From Anthoceros angustus (lineage: Eukaryota; Plantae; Anthocerotophyta): a DNA stretch of 64,000 bases. Positions 1 through 13,200 of the stretch are shown in pieces. Position 1 is the stretch's first letter. Every line of letters begins with the position of its first letter. Location: positions 1,054,001 through 1,118,000 of the forward strand of contig MU008165.1 in NCBI GenBank assembly GCA_010909165.1, given 5' to 3'. A program made the translations under genes and the position numbers. The notes under the pieces are model-generated. The model was not told the origin of the DNA and did not search any database. It worked only from the letters and a program-made list of their open reading frames with translations.

Positions 1-114
1 CTTAAGGAGCAAGAAGTGGTACATGCTTATATAAGTCCATGTGGACTACTACTGAAGCCACGAACAAGCTTGTTCTGAAGTACGGTGTAACAGAGTGTGT
101 GACATCCCCTGGTA

Positions 115-3100
115 TTGTTGCAGGAAAGGAGAAGATTGGAGTATAAGGCAGCTCAAGACCTAAAACGTTTCAACGAGGTGAGTTGTGCATGTGAGAAATT
201 TGCAATGGCTGCCGAAGCCTTCTGTTGGCCATCACGTGCTGATATCTTCATTGTTGGTCAGGCTCGCCGGTACTTTGCAGGGAAGAAGATACTTCAGGCC
301 TTCAAAAAGCGTCAGTCATTTATACAGAGTTGTTGCATGCGCATTCAAGCACTGGCCAGGCGATATCTCTTTCGCAAAAGACTGAAGGGGTTAGAAAACA
401 AACAGGTGAGAGATGAGAATCCACATTTCCTGGGAGCCGTTCAACACAGACATATGTTCCTTTCAGACAAGTGTCCTAATAGAATGTTGCTGCAGGAGAT
501 ACAAACCCCTGGGTCAATTACTGTGCAAGGTGCTCCTTTGACTTGTGCTTGTCACATAGAGGTTGCAGAAGAAAGCGGAATGCTGAACGACCGTGCTGTG
601 CCTGCGGGCACAGCAGACAGTTGCTCAAAACTGCATAAACTACGACATCTACTAAAAAGGGCTTTGATTGTTGCTAGGAACACTGGCACACTTGGGCAGC
701 CTTCTAAGGCTGGACTTTCTGCAAAGAGTGGGGTGCTGGCTAAACTTGACACTGCAAGTAGAGATGATTTTGAGATGGAAAATGATGGCAAACTGCAGTT
801 GTGTTCAGATAGAGATAGGCTTATCCATTGGCTGAAGCAGTTTGCGGATGGCTGGGATGTTGCACGAGTTGAAGCAAACAGAAAGATTGGTGAAGCCAAA
901 AGCTTAGGATTGCTCACAGTAGCTATGGGCATACAGTCTGCTATGTCAGATAGGGAAAAGTCTGTGGTTCTTAATCTGGAAAGGTGTGTCAAGCAGGGTT
1001 CCCGACATGCTATCCAGATGTGGAGAACGAAGGCCAAAATGCTGGGTTTGGATCAGGCGCTGATCCAGTCAAGCAGACTATTTGAAGAGCGTCTGGAGAG
1101 AACTAAGCAGGAGTTGCCAAGCCTTGCTTTGACAGGATCAAGGCAGGACTACATGGTTGCCATCTGTCGTGCTCAATCATTGGGTATGGGTTTTGAAGTT
1201 GAACAAGCTGCAAGAACAGTAAGGAAGAGGGCACTTCAGGTAGTCAAAGTTGCTAAGCTTATGGCCTCTGCTTCGAGTCCTGGTGTCACAAATAGTTTGC
1301 GAAAATGGGCGCTACTGGAGAATACCGCTGCTCTCCTTGGGATGGGAGCAAGCGTGCTGGATTACGTCAAGAAATTTGCTTCTGAGATTAGCATGAGCAA
1401 CGCTGTAACATTTTGTGTGAAATTGAAAACAGATGACCATGAAACGATGCCAAGGATGGTGATAGGGCACAACCCTCATGCTGGGTTAGGTGGTGGTGAT
1501 GCTCAAATGTCATACCACAACTTGGAGCATGCTTTAAACAGCTTTGGTGCTTTGAACAACTATGATCTCCATCCATGGCGGTTGGGTGACCGAAATGGCA
1601 GTTTGCCAATCTGGTCCTTCGAGCAGAACTGGCAGGAAATTGATATGCTACGGGGGAGATGGCAGGAGCATATGGTGGCCAGTCGAGTTTGTAAACCAGC
1701 TGGCCTGGGTTCTGCTGTCACAGAAACTGATTGGTCAGACAGGTCGGTAAGCACAGATCCACTGGAAATCGAAGATGCTGCTGGCATGCCGCCTGTCAAT
1801 GCCAGAAACAGATTTTGTGACAGAATGCGGCAGTCAGTAGAGTTCACCTCAACAGGGAAGGTAGACATGCCTTGTCATGATATTAGTGAAAGGGTTACAT
1901 GCACAAAAGGGGAAGACGGAGCAGAGGAGGACCTAGTATTGGAAGTGGATGAAGAAAGTGAGGATGACGAGAAAAGAGATTTGGAGGGTTGCCAAATGCG
2001 TCAGTCTATTCTCATGCGATCAGATGACAGCTTCGAATGGGAACGCACTTTATGCATGCCTTTAGTTCTGACTAGACCAATGCTTGAGCAGAAGGCCAGC
2101 TGCTCGAGATTTGATCTAAGAAGGCTCACAAAACTTGACATGACATATGATGGGCTTTCTTCCATAGGAGAAGGAAATATCGGGCAATGGTGCCCTGCTT
2201 TGAGGGTTTTGGTTTTGGACAGGAACAAGCTGACCACTTTAAGGGGGGCACTAAAAGGGTGTGAAGAACTGTTGGAGCATGTCTCAGCCAAGGATAACTT
2301 CATTTCAAACATTGCAGGTCTTGAGAACCTTCATAGTCTGACCGTTCTTCACCTTGAGGGAAATTCTTTGCGCCAACTGGCAGCTGTGGTTCCAAAGGAG
2401 CCTGACAAGCCTTGGGATCGGGAAGCCAAGCCCCATGTTGACGAGACTCCTGTTTTGGCATCTCAAGGTTACAAAGAGGTTTCCTATGAAACTAACAAGG
2501 GCCTTGTATCACGGAGGCGTGCACGATTTCAGGACGATGGGTGCTCTTTACCAAATAGTTGCTGGCCCAAGTTGAAGGAGTTGAGTTTAAGCTGCAATAA
2601 AATAGGAAGAGTCTTTCGGCTAGGGAGCATCTGCCCCCATTTGGAAGTCCTGGATTTAAGCTCGAATCAATTGGTAACTTTGGGAGGATTGCAAGGGCAA
2701 GGTCTTAGTGGTCTTAAATCGCTGCGAGTCCTGGATGTTGGGCAAAACAATATGAAGGGGAGGAGTCTCTGGGAATCCTTGAAGAATTGCCCATTGCTGC
2801 TGTCTTTGGTAGCCTCCAGGAACCGGTTGACTGAGCTGCCAACTCATCCTGGGAGTGTGTTGCTTCGAGAGATTTGGTTGAATGGCAATGCCATTAGGCG
2901 GCTGGCTTGCAATGCCTGGTTGCCAAGTCTGCAAAGACTCTACTTGCAAGATAATTCTATCGACTCGTTGGAACCTCTATGGGGCTGTCCAGCTTTGGAG
3001 GTATGAAGCGAACCTGTATTGATGAACACTTTCTGAGCCATCGTAGTTCTCTGTCCCTTGGCATTGATAACCAATTGTTCGAATAGGTGCTAGATTTATC

Positions 3101-5520
3101 TTTCAACAACATCTCCGACCTATGCCAACTACGGCAGCTGGCCTGCTTCCCGTGTCTGCGGACACTGCAACTCAATGACAACCCAGTGTCGGAACAAACA
3201 GACTATGTTGACAATGTCCTGGAGGCTGTCCCCTGGTTAACAGAGCTTGATAATGAGGCCGTCTCGGAAGCATCTAAGGATAAGGCGGTGAAGACTATCT
3301 TCTCAAATGTTTTAGATGCTGTGGGACCAACCTATCTGAGAGAGAATATAGATAAACTAGTTTTCCGACCGTCAAGCTATCCAGCAAGGCATCAGCTTAT
3401 CAGAGGGGCAAGCAATTTGGCAGACCAGAATTGTCCAGACGATGGCCTAGCGTTTGTACACCGTGCGCACTCGTCGACAGCAAGCCAGAGTCCTTTACCT
3501 AGACAGGATGTGATGTCTACGAGTGCTTTATTAAGGGGCTCAGCCGATCGGGAGACTCTTTGGGCAATTATGTTGGAAATTTTGCAGTCTGCTCGGACGA
3601 GCTCCACTCTAGGATCTCGGCTGGGCATTGTGAAAACTATTAAGGACGAGGATGTGCAGGGACACCTTTGCTCAAACGATCTTGAAGCCAGGTGGAATGT
3701 CCTTGCATTTCAGGAGATGGGCTCTATTCACCGTCAACGCCTACAGACAGGATTTCGTGAGCTTACTAGTGGAGGGGCTAAGGAAGGGGAATTGGGATTT
3801 CAATCAATGAATTTTGATAGAGCATACTGCCCTGGTATGGAACACGATGTGGCTTCAGTGGGAGCACAAGTTGAGCCAGAGTTTGGTAGAGTGAGTCGAG
3901 GAAAATATGACCCGGAGCAGTCTCTCTCTGATCATATCAACTTTCGTCACACTACGTACAAGAACAAGTTCAAGATCAACTCTGGGTATAGTTGTGAGAT
4001 TGACATTTACAGATCAAGAGTTATCAGACTGCAGGCGCTGGTACGTCGACATATTGCTAGATTGAGATTTAAGAGGCTATCTATCCTTAGGCAAGAAGAG
4101 GAAGAAGAAAGAGTCGCAGAGCTGAAGAGGAAGGCCTTGAAGCAAGAAAAAGATGCCTGTATGGTACAGGCCCTCTGGAAGGGGCTTAAAGTGCGGAGAG
4201 AGGGGATCCTGCAGTCCCTGCGGGATGAAGCTCTAGAAAGGAGTCATCAGGTTCAATCTGCAGCCAAGATTCAAGCTGCTTGGAGAGGCTATAGCATTAG
4301 GTTAAGATTCCGGCAGGCATTAGACAGATGCAAGTACGTCGATGATGATGACTATGACTACGTCTCGGTTGATGAAAATGAATATGCAATGGATGATTCT
4401 TTTCTAGAAGAAGTTCTTCCAACTGGAGTTGATGACGTTACTTACTCTGGTGTCGAGTTTGTTCTGGGTAAGAAGGCGGCACACTCGCCTGCACAGGATA
4501 CCAAAGGTGCCTCTGAAGTTCTGGGTGCTGAGAAGGGATGGGAAGGAGCACACTCATCCCTGGCCATTCTTGCTGATAAGATGTGGAATAAGGTTGGGCT
4601 GCCTGTGTCTGCATGCATGGTATCACATCCCAGTACAGGAAGGTCAGGTGGTACACAACGAGTCACCCCCAGGGTTGCTACAACATCCATCACAGCACCC
4701 ATGAGAAAAAGTTTGACGGAGCAGGCACAGAAACCCATCCACCAAGCCCATTCGAGACGGAGAAAGGTAGACGAATCAGCAGCTGAGGAAAGTTGCAAGG
4801 CTAAATCAGGGGACCGCTTGAAGGGTAAACCTGGGAAGGCATTGAGTGAGGATGGAGGTGCTTGTGCCACCGGAGACGTGCCAAAACGTGCAGGAGGAGA
4901 AGAACACCAAGTACGGAATGTAGCATTAATAACGTATTCCATTACCATGTCTACAATACATGATGTTTCCCAGTGGATTTCAGGTCCATCCATTTGACCT
5001 GCCAGTAGTAACTCACACCTGCGGTTCCTTGTTGCAGGATGTTGGAGCTTGGTGTGATGATCTCCCCTACTTGCGGCGTGCTATGGAGAAGAAGAAAGAG
5101 ACGATGGTGGAAATAGTGAAAGATTGGTCTCTTGCTTACTTTCGTACCATCCACATGGAGGTCATATTTAGACCTTGCTGGCCGGCTCTGATACTTCGCC
5201 TTTGTCAGGGGTTTCAAGGATGCGAAAACAGCTGAAGCCTTCCTGAAGGCACGTGAAAAGGTGAAGGGGCATGCCCGGGCCAAAGGTGAAGCATACAAGG
5301 CACTTCTGCAAGGTTCGGACCTTTGCTTGCAGACGTGATATTCAAAAGTCATTTCTACGATCGAGGAATCAAATACAGCATGTGCTGACCCACAGATCCA
5401 CAACGAAGATTCAAAATTTTCAAAGCAAGAACAGAAGTGCGAGCGTCCCAAGCTCTGGACACCAGTGCACCTACAACAGGAAGCACGGGTACACGTGCTG
5501 TCGACTTTGCTGGTCAGTGA
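115..5520 (+). CDS. LRRIQ1: Leucine-rich repeat and IQ-motif protein (LRRIQ1-like), multi-exon. The 5' end probably lies upstream of the window and the 3' end is approximate.
   Basis: SDS22-type LRRs (LRVLVLDRNKL, LEVLDLSSNQL, LQRLYLQDNSI) with an LRR cap (LQLNDNPV..Y). IQ motifs: IQALARRYLFR, LQALVRRHIAR, IQAAWRGYSIR. Introns 3001-3086, 4911-5037 and 5127-5208 give a spliced C-terminal DWGFKDAKTAEAFLKAREKVK...DPQRRFKIF, typical of LRRIQ1. Likely further introns at 178-261 and 406-495. Confidence 0.8.
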
Positions 5521-6630
5521 GTCAGTACTTTCATAATTTACACCTGTCTCGCGTGGCTGCACCGCAGATACTACGGCTGCAGTCAGCGGCTCAAGGGAGT
5601 TCCTGAAGCCTGGAGGTGGCGGAGGAAGAGGAAGAGGTTGCTGTACTCAAACAACGTTGTCAGCCTGGGACAGATCAGAATGCTCTTCGAAGTCCTCAAT
5701 TAGGGTACGGCAACTCGTCTGCTTGGAGGTCTAGGCACTTCGCAGGCACTGACTCCATCAATCTACATATGCCTGTTTGCAGGGTCTGCAACCGGCCAAC
5801 GACAAATCCATGCACACGAGTCTTGTCACATCATCCTGCGCTGCATTGGAACTCAGGCCTTTGCTTAGCACCCCTGATCACCCCATCGCCAAGCAACCGC
5901 CCAAAAAAAAGGTGAAGCGAAAGACCAGGCAAACCCAAAATCCAGCAGAGGCCCAGAAAACATCAGTCTCAGCGAAAGCGATCACAATTTTCCCCAAAAT
6001 TTAATTGTACCGCGGGCGTACGGGAACGGAGCAGCTCGAAGCTGCAGTTTTGGAGCTGGTCTTGTGTAACCTACTCACGTCGTGCTGTGTGGACTTGTTC
6101 TCACCTCTTTGTCGGACGAGGAGAGAACTAGAGCTCTCTCGCGTGTTCTTGCTCTATTCGTTTGTTGCGAATTCTGGGATTGGCTACGGATTTGTAGCGA
6201 GTGGAACAATTTCGACTGTCTCATGGCTGCCTTGGACCAGGGTTTACGCTGCAGCAAACCTTCGGAATTTTATTGATTTCGCGTTGCACCTGGACATCGT
6301 TGCGTTAAGCGTGTAGCTGCTTCCGAAGAACTCTTTCGCAACAAGTGCTGATTGTGTCGCAGCGCAACGTGGACACTGCATTCCACGGCAGGCGGCTTAA
6401 GGGAGTGGCCAGCTATTCATCTGGAATCCTGAATGACCTAATTCCTGCCATCAGTTGAGACGCGTGCCTTGGAGGTCGGAGGTCAGCCGTAAGGGGATGG
6501 TGCTGCATTGGCAACGTCGAAGCAAGCGCAAAGGGGATCTGGAGCAGCTGAGACACATCGGGCGCATGAAGCGGGCCCGGTGAAGATGTGATGTTCTGAC
6601 ATCAGTGACGACCTCAGAAGCGTTGTGGAG

Positions 6631-7207
6631 ATGATTACCAGGACTAATTTGGCGGAGCAGCTGCGGGACTATCAGCTACGGTCTTCGCATCAATGGAGGA
6701 CACTGGCTTTTTTCTCTTCCACCAACACCATTTCTTCCAGGTCCGAAGCGAGTCTATGTTGATTGTCCTAACTCGTACCCTCTTGGTGATTTGCGAAGGC
6801 TTGTTTCTACTTGTTTCTTGGTCGGGTTGTGGTTGCTTGACCGTCAGTTTTGCGCTAGGAGTTAGTGCTGGTGCTCTTGGCAGTAGGGCTGGTTTGCGTG
6901 AGTAGAAGAGGATCTTGCATGCAAGATAGTGATGTGTATGGCTGGTCCTAGGTTTTCTCTCATCTTTACAAGTTCAGGGAGTGATCTGTGTTGCCCGTAT
7001 TGTATTGGCAGGGCAGAAGCGACTCAAGCGGGTGTCCTCTGTTGCGTTTTTTTTGCATTGTGGATTGGAGCAGTTGTTGCGGTATACAATGGGAACGGTG
7101 TGGTGGCTGCACTTCTCATTTTCTTGGCCATGCTGATGCTGGTGTCCTTGAGAGTCATCCGGCAACGCAAGACTGCAAGAAGGAAACAGAAAGGGATCCT
7201 GCCATGA
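6631..7207 (+). CDS. Small conserved plant transmembrane protein of unknown function (~101 aa, 2 exons: 6631-6740 and 7012-7207)
   Basis: Spliced product MITRTNLAEQLRDYQLRSSHQWRTLAFFSSTNTISS-R-AEATQAGVLCCVFFALW...RKTARRKQKGILP. It matches the plant 'MITRSNLAEQLREYQIRS' family, with two hydrophobic helices and a basic tail. The GT-AG intron 6741-7011 is in the correct phase. Confidence 0.85.
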
Positions 7208-9022
7208 CATGAGAAGGGTATTGAAGCATGGAAGGAACACAGGTTTCTAAAATATACGTGGCGTGACGCACCATCTGCCATGATTCTGAATAGTGCATGC
7301 TGCGAGGGTGCATCGACCGATGTAGGCTCATTGAAATGAGAAACGACATCTCCATGGTAAAGCCCCTGAGCGGCCTCGGGCTTGAAGGACTTGTGGGCCT
7401 CCACGACAGGGAAGGACATTCACAGTAGTAGGCTAGGGGTTTTCTTTCAGAACGTTACGGTGTTCAACGGTTTCAAGGATTTGAAAAGATGGTGCACCAC
7501 CTATGTATACACATGGTCCTAGAACTGGTAACTTGGTTCTTCATACGAAGTTGTCTGACCAAATTATGGCAGGCACTCTAATTGATCTCTGAAGAAGTAG
7601 CCTCCGAGCATGTCCAAGTATCTAGCTGGAGGACTGTTTGCCGCTGTGCTGCAGCATAAATTGTGTCTCTAAATGCCGTGTCATGTCGTACAGGAAACCT
7701 CCACTAAGGCTATCGTTTCCACGTCAAAGTTTCCTGGCACCTTAATACAGAGCGGTAGCAGGCTGCAAGCGATTTGTGTCGTTTCTTCAAACTGTTTATG
7801 CCGGTCTCAGAGTTGTTGTTTGTATGGTTGTTACTGCTTTTCTTGGGATGACGATGTTTAACAACACAGTGCCTTTGCATGTCGACCCAACGCGGTGAAA
7901 TCTTGGCGCCCACACGAATACGACAAACCGAGGTTAGGTATCACTGCATGCCGCGTCATCTGACCCGGCCAAAACGGCAGGGTTTTTGATGATGAGGCTG
8001 GTTTTCCACCGAGCGGCCAAACAAACCCATGTCGGACCGGTTTGCAGTAGTATCGGGACAGCCAACATGACATATTCCGAAAACACGTTTCGTACCACCT
8101 TGAATGTATTTCCGTTATAGTTCTCAAATGTCGAATGGAACTTGGGGAGCACAGAACCGTGAAGGATGCGTATTTGATTCCTGTTTGGGACATGTCCTCG
8201 GCAGATGCAAGGATGATGTCCAACGTGAAACACAGGATGGTGATCGCTGATGAGAAGTTGCATTTTACATATGTATCTTGCAAGATACCTGTCAGTAGAG
8301 GACATAGGTAGGTATGCAGTATGATGATGATTGTCCACTAGGGGTAGCTAGATATCTATTTGGAGGCACATTGATGAGCCTGCTGTTGCTGGTAGCCCCA
8401 GTTGGTGAGGCAATGCGGTCGGGCAGGAGGCCAGGACACGCCAGGTGAGCTGCTGACGGATTTGTGTCTCAGCAGTGTGGCAGTGTGGCAGTGTGAAGTT
8501 GCTAAGTGGAGCTTTGGGGCGGCTACAAACGTCAGAGCTCGTGAGCCATGTGACATGACAGAGAGCCCGCTTACCATGGCCGATGTCGGAGCTTTCCTTT
8601 CACGAGTTGCTTGTTTGTGTCATTGCTTTCCTCGGGAAAGGGAGGCGCACACACGACCTTTGGGAGACTGTATGAGAGAGCAGTTATCGAGGTAACAAGA
8701 GTATTAGCAGGCGTGCGAGCAGTGGCAGCAGGGGCGCGGGATAGCGGAGATCCCAGATCCCGGAAATCGGGGTCCCTGCAGAGCAGCAGTACGTAAAGAC
8801 ACGGTTATAGGCTCGGTGGGTACCGATTCCGAGGAGGAACGGACGGTTCCAGTCTGCGAGCGGCGAGAGTGGAGCCCTAGGTGGTCTGTACGTACACTTG
8901 GTCCCTGGAGCCGCCAACTGCCTGCCTGCCTGCCTGCTCGCCCGCCAGCCTACAACAGGACCATTGCGTCGCGTTTCATTGCGACAACACGCTCTTTCCG
9001 CAGTGGAGGACCGGAGTCGCTG

Positions 9023-9571
9023 ATGGCGGGAGCAGACTCGGGAGCGGTGCAGCAGGGGAGCTCGCCGGCGTCGGGTCGGGACATGAAACGGGACGTGACT
9101 CTGGAGGAACTGAAGAAGCGCATGGGAGAATTTGCGTACGAGCGAGACTGGGACCAATTCCACAGCCCCCGCAATCTGCTGCTCGCTCTGGTATGTAGAC
9201 TGGGCCACCGGGGTGTGAATGAGGAGATAGTCTTGAATTCTGCTTCGCTCTGTGCTTGCTGCTCGCTGCTCGCTGCTCCCTGCTCCCTGCTTGCCTTGAC
9301 AGTGTGTGGATTGCAGGTAGGGGAAGTAGGCGAGCTGTCTGAAATCTTTCAGTGGAAAGGCGAGGTTCCGCGGGGCCTGCCCGGGTGGAATTCAGCGGAG
9401 AAGGAGCACCTCGGGGAGGAGCTCTCGGACGTGCTGCTGTACCTGGTGCGCCTGGCGGACATTTGCGGCATCGACCTGGGGCAGGCTGCTCTGCGTAAGC
9501 TGGTGCTGAACGGCAAGAAGTATCCTGTGGACGAGAGCAGAGGGAAGGCCAGCAAGCCCGCCGCTGCTTGA
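9023..9571 (+). CDS. DCTPP1: dCTP pyrophosphatase 1 (MazG-like all-alpha NTP pyrophosphatase), intron 9191-9316
   Basis: FAYERDWDQFHSPRNLLLAL|VGEVGELSEIFQW...HLGEELSDVLLYLVRLADICGIDL..KKYPV is the DCTPP1/RS21-C6 signature. Confidence 0.95.
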   Translation: MAGADSGAVQQGSSPASGRDMKRDVTLEELKKRMGEFAYERDWDQFHSPRNLLLALVCRLGHRGVNEEIVLNSASLCACCSLLAAPCSLLALTVCGLQVGEVGELSEIFQWKGEVPRGLPGWNSAEKEHLGEELSDVLLYLVRLADICGIDLGQAALRKLVLNGKKYPVDESRGKASKPAAA

Positions 9572-10253
9572 AACGGGCGCGAACTTGAGAGCGAGTGCCA
9601 CTGCAAGCAAGGCAGCCGAAAAAGCACGAATTGATGCAGCAAACTTGCCAAGCGTGCGTACTGCTAGTCAACCTGCCTGCTCCCGGATCCGGGACCACAC
9701 CAAGGCAGGCACTTTGGCTCGTTCAAGAACGCTGAGCAAGAACGTAAACCACTAGTTTATCTCATGAAAGGAGTAGCGTTTCCTTCACTCTCTCAGACTG
9801 GCAGACTCCGGTGCTGAGATGTTTCCCGGAATCACTGTAGGTACTCTGCGAATCTCCCTTGTTGCTGTTCATCTTAGAGTATGGGGTCGGGAGGATAATG
9901 CGATCACTGATTCCGTTTTTATTTGTAGACTAGGCGTGTTGCTCTCATGTGGCGAGGAGACAGCAGGCCTAGGCTGCTGCCAGTGCCTCACCTCATCCTG
10001 ATTTCTGCCTGCTGATCCGAGGGCGCAGGCAATGTACGTGTTTGTGAACAAGCGACACGCTTCCACCAAACACGCGGACTGGAGTGGATATGTAGACACA
10101 TGTACGGCGGAGAAGCAGAAAAGATGTGGGTACAGCTTTAGAAGCAGTGGGTACAGCCTTTAGGCAAGTGTCTCAAGTCCCGGGTCGGCATTACGGCATG
10201 TACCGTTTAGGGAATAAAGCAACCCGACAGCAAAATCTGCAGCCACATCAGCC

Positions 10254-13200
10254 ATGGCCGGCCAGCTCCTCTGCCTCCTCCTGCTGCCTCTCCTGTTGCC
10301 CTCTGCCTCGGCCCGGCTGCCATACAATGTGTCCTTCGATCACAGGGCGCTGGTCATCGATGGGCAGAGGAGGATTCTCAATTCCGCAAGCATTCACTAC
10401 CCGCGGGCAGCGCCCGAGGTCTGTCTCTGCCCGCACCTTCCCTGGACCGATGCAATTCTGTTTCTGGTAGGCGCTCAATGCCAATTGGGTGTACATCATT
10501 CCATGCCAGATGTGGCCGGGCCTGATCGCCAAGGCCAAGGAGGGAGGGGTCCAGGTCATCCAGAGCTACGTCTTCTGGAGCGGGCATGAGCCCACCAGGG
10601 GCAAGGTGCGTGTAGTTCCCGCCGCATCACTCTCCAGAGCTTCCCTCCTTGCTCTCGTCTCATTTCATGTCTTTGTGGGTAGTACAATTTCCAAGAAGAA
10701 TACGACCTGGTCAAGTTCATCAAGCTGGTGGGAGAAGCTGGGCTCTTCTTTAACTTGCGAATTGGACCGTATGTCTGCGCTGAGTGGAACTTCGGGTACC
10801 CGGATACATTCAGAACCACACGTTTGCACTTGTTGCGAGAGGATGACATGGTCCTCAATTTAATTCCTTCGCTTGGATACAGGGGATTCCCCGTTTGGCT
10901 TCGTCATATTCCCGGTGTAGAATTTCGTACAGACAACCCCCAGTTCAAGGTCAACATCTCTGGTTGCATCGGAGGGCTACATAGTCAGTCTTCTACTGTG
11001 CACACATGTCCACCGCCAAATCTATCACCTCACGAGGTGCAGATTCTGTCGGTGTGTGTCAGGAGGAAATGCAAATCTTTGTGAAGAAGATAGTGGACCT
11101 GGTCAGGGACAGCAAGTTATTTGCCTGGCAAGGTGGTCCAATTATTTTAGCGCAGGTTCTGAGCACTTTTCTCTGGCCGTCTACTCTTCCTTCCTCCCTG
11201 TTCGCACGTCCTTTGCGACTGTTGCATACTTTTCTCACTGCCGTTTTCCTTTCGTTTGAGCATCATAAGTTTCTTGATAGAGAATACTGTTTGGAAGAAG
11301 GATTTCTGATATGCTTCTATTCGATATTCTTGTGGCATCAACTCTCGTCACAAGAAGAACAATGCTCATATTCTTCTGGCACTTATGCTGGATTTTCTTT
11401 AGATCGAGAATGAGTATGGCAATATAGAAGGAAGCTATGGAGCTGCTGGAGAAAGGTATGTTAACTGGGCGGCCGAAATGGCTCTGGAACTTGATGCCGG
11501 TGTTCCTTGGACAATGTGCCAACAGGAAGATGCACCACCTGCCATTGTGAGCTGACTAAATCATTCTGGAAAGTGATGATAACTTTGTACTAGCAGATTT
11601 CTTTGTCTCATTCTGCCTTTCCTGTTGGACAGATCAATACTTGCAACAGCTTCTATTGTGATGGATTCAGACCCAATACAGGCAACAAGCCAGCTCTTTG
11701 GACAGAGAACTGGAATGGCTGGTATGTCTTTGTTGATCTCTCTTCTGTAGTATCACCACTATGTAAACCATCCATTACTTAGTTCTGACATGAACCAGGT
11801 GACTGTACAGGTTTCAGTCATGGGGGCAACCCGCACCTCACAGACCTGTGGAGGACAATGCTTTTGCTGTGGCACGATTTTTCCAGCGAGGGGGTAGCTA
11901 CCAGAACTATTACGTGGTGAGCTAGCACGTCGAACCTAGATCCCTTGTTGCACATGAACTCGGCAGTCATTGGTCTCAGTACCTGGTTGGCAGTACTTTG
12001 GTGGGACAAACTTTGGACGGACCTCAGGCGGCCCATTTATAACTACCAGTTACGACTATGATGCTCCAATAGATGAATACGGTAAGGTTTCACTCGATGG
12101 ATGAAATTGTTCCAAAACCGAGAGTGTGTATCACCGTCCCCTGTCTTACGTGGCCTTCACTTGCACCAGGCCAGAAAAGACAACCAAAATGGGGTCACTT
12201 GAAAGATCTACATGAAGCATTAAAGCTCTGTGAGCAGTCTCTGGTATCTGTTATTGGAGAACCTGCCTATGCTCGGCTTGGGCCCAACCTAGAGGTCTGC
12301 ATTGTGCCCTCTTGTAGGTTGTAGTTGTTTGCAAAAGTCCGTCGGTGTCGTGGACTTCATATTTCTTAAACAGTGGTATGCTTGTACAGGTACATGTGTA
12401 CTCCAACCTATCAGAAGGCAACAGTCCAGCAGGCTCATGTGCAGCTTTTCTATCAAATACAGACCCGGAGTTTGCTGCAACTGTGGACTTCAATGGCAAG
12501 ACTTATGATTTGCCTCCTTGGTCTGTCAGCATTCTGCCTGATTGTCATACAGTAGTCTACAACACTGCCCAGGTATGTTCCTTTGCATGAGAAGTGAGGG
12601 GCTTGCCCTGGCTCTGTCTGTTTGCGTCCTAACATTAAGGTTCAGCACTGAAACATGCAGGTGAGGTCTCAAACATCTGTCTATAGCTACAGACGGCAAG
12701 AGCAGCGTCCAAAGCCCAGCCAATCGAGCGCCCCATTCGAACCAACTGGAGCAGAGCTAGTATGGGAGTCATATCCAGAACCTAGGACTGCCTGGGGAGG
12801 ACAGGTCACTAAGTGGAACAGCCCTCTTGAGCAGATCAACGTCACACAGGACTCCACAGACTATCTGTGGTATGTAGTAAGGTACCAAGCACGTCCTCTG
12901 GAAATCCCTGGGACGACAAGGAACTTTGTGGTCAGCTTTGAAAATTCGTGTTGCTTTTTCGGACCAGATTTTATGTTTCGGAAGAAGAGTACACAACATT
13001 GGTCAACGGAAGCTACCAGCCACATCTGCTGTTAGCCAGCGTTAGAGATGCTGTGCACATATATGTGAACGGGGAGCTAGCAGGTACCCTCAGTGTCCCT
13101 CTGTGAGTCAGCTGTATAGGCTTTCATTCATTACTGACTGCAATTATGAGGGCTATGTCATTTGATGCTTTCAGGAACTGCAAGTGGCCGGTGGATTGCG

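Noticed and set aside
7400-8700. Minus-strand ORFs (8356-8577, 7858-8283, 7934-8338) and an ATG|GTAAG...TGTAG intron-like signal
   Set aside because: No phase-consistent spliced ORF or recognisable domain could be built. It may be a non-coding divergent transcript, but the sequence alone does not support that.
8816-9022. GTG-initiated N-terminal extension of DCTPP1 in the ORF track
   Set aside because: Artefact of allowing bacterial start codons. ATG 9023 is the plausible start.
178-9316. Several stop-free introns with length divisible by 3 (178-261, 406-495, 9191-9316) suggesting exitrons or regulated retention
   Set aside because: Short introns of ~50% GC are often stop-free by chance, and the 9191-9316 one interrupts a conserved motif, so ordinary splicing is the simplest reading.
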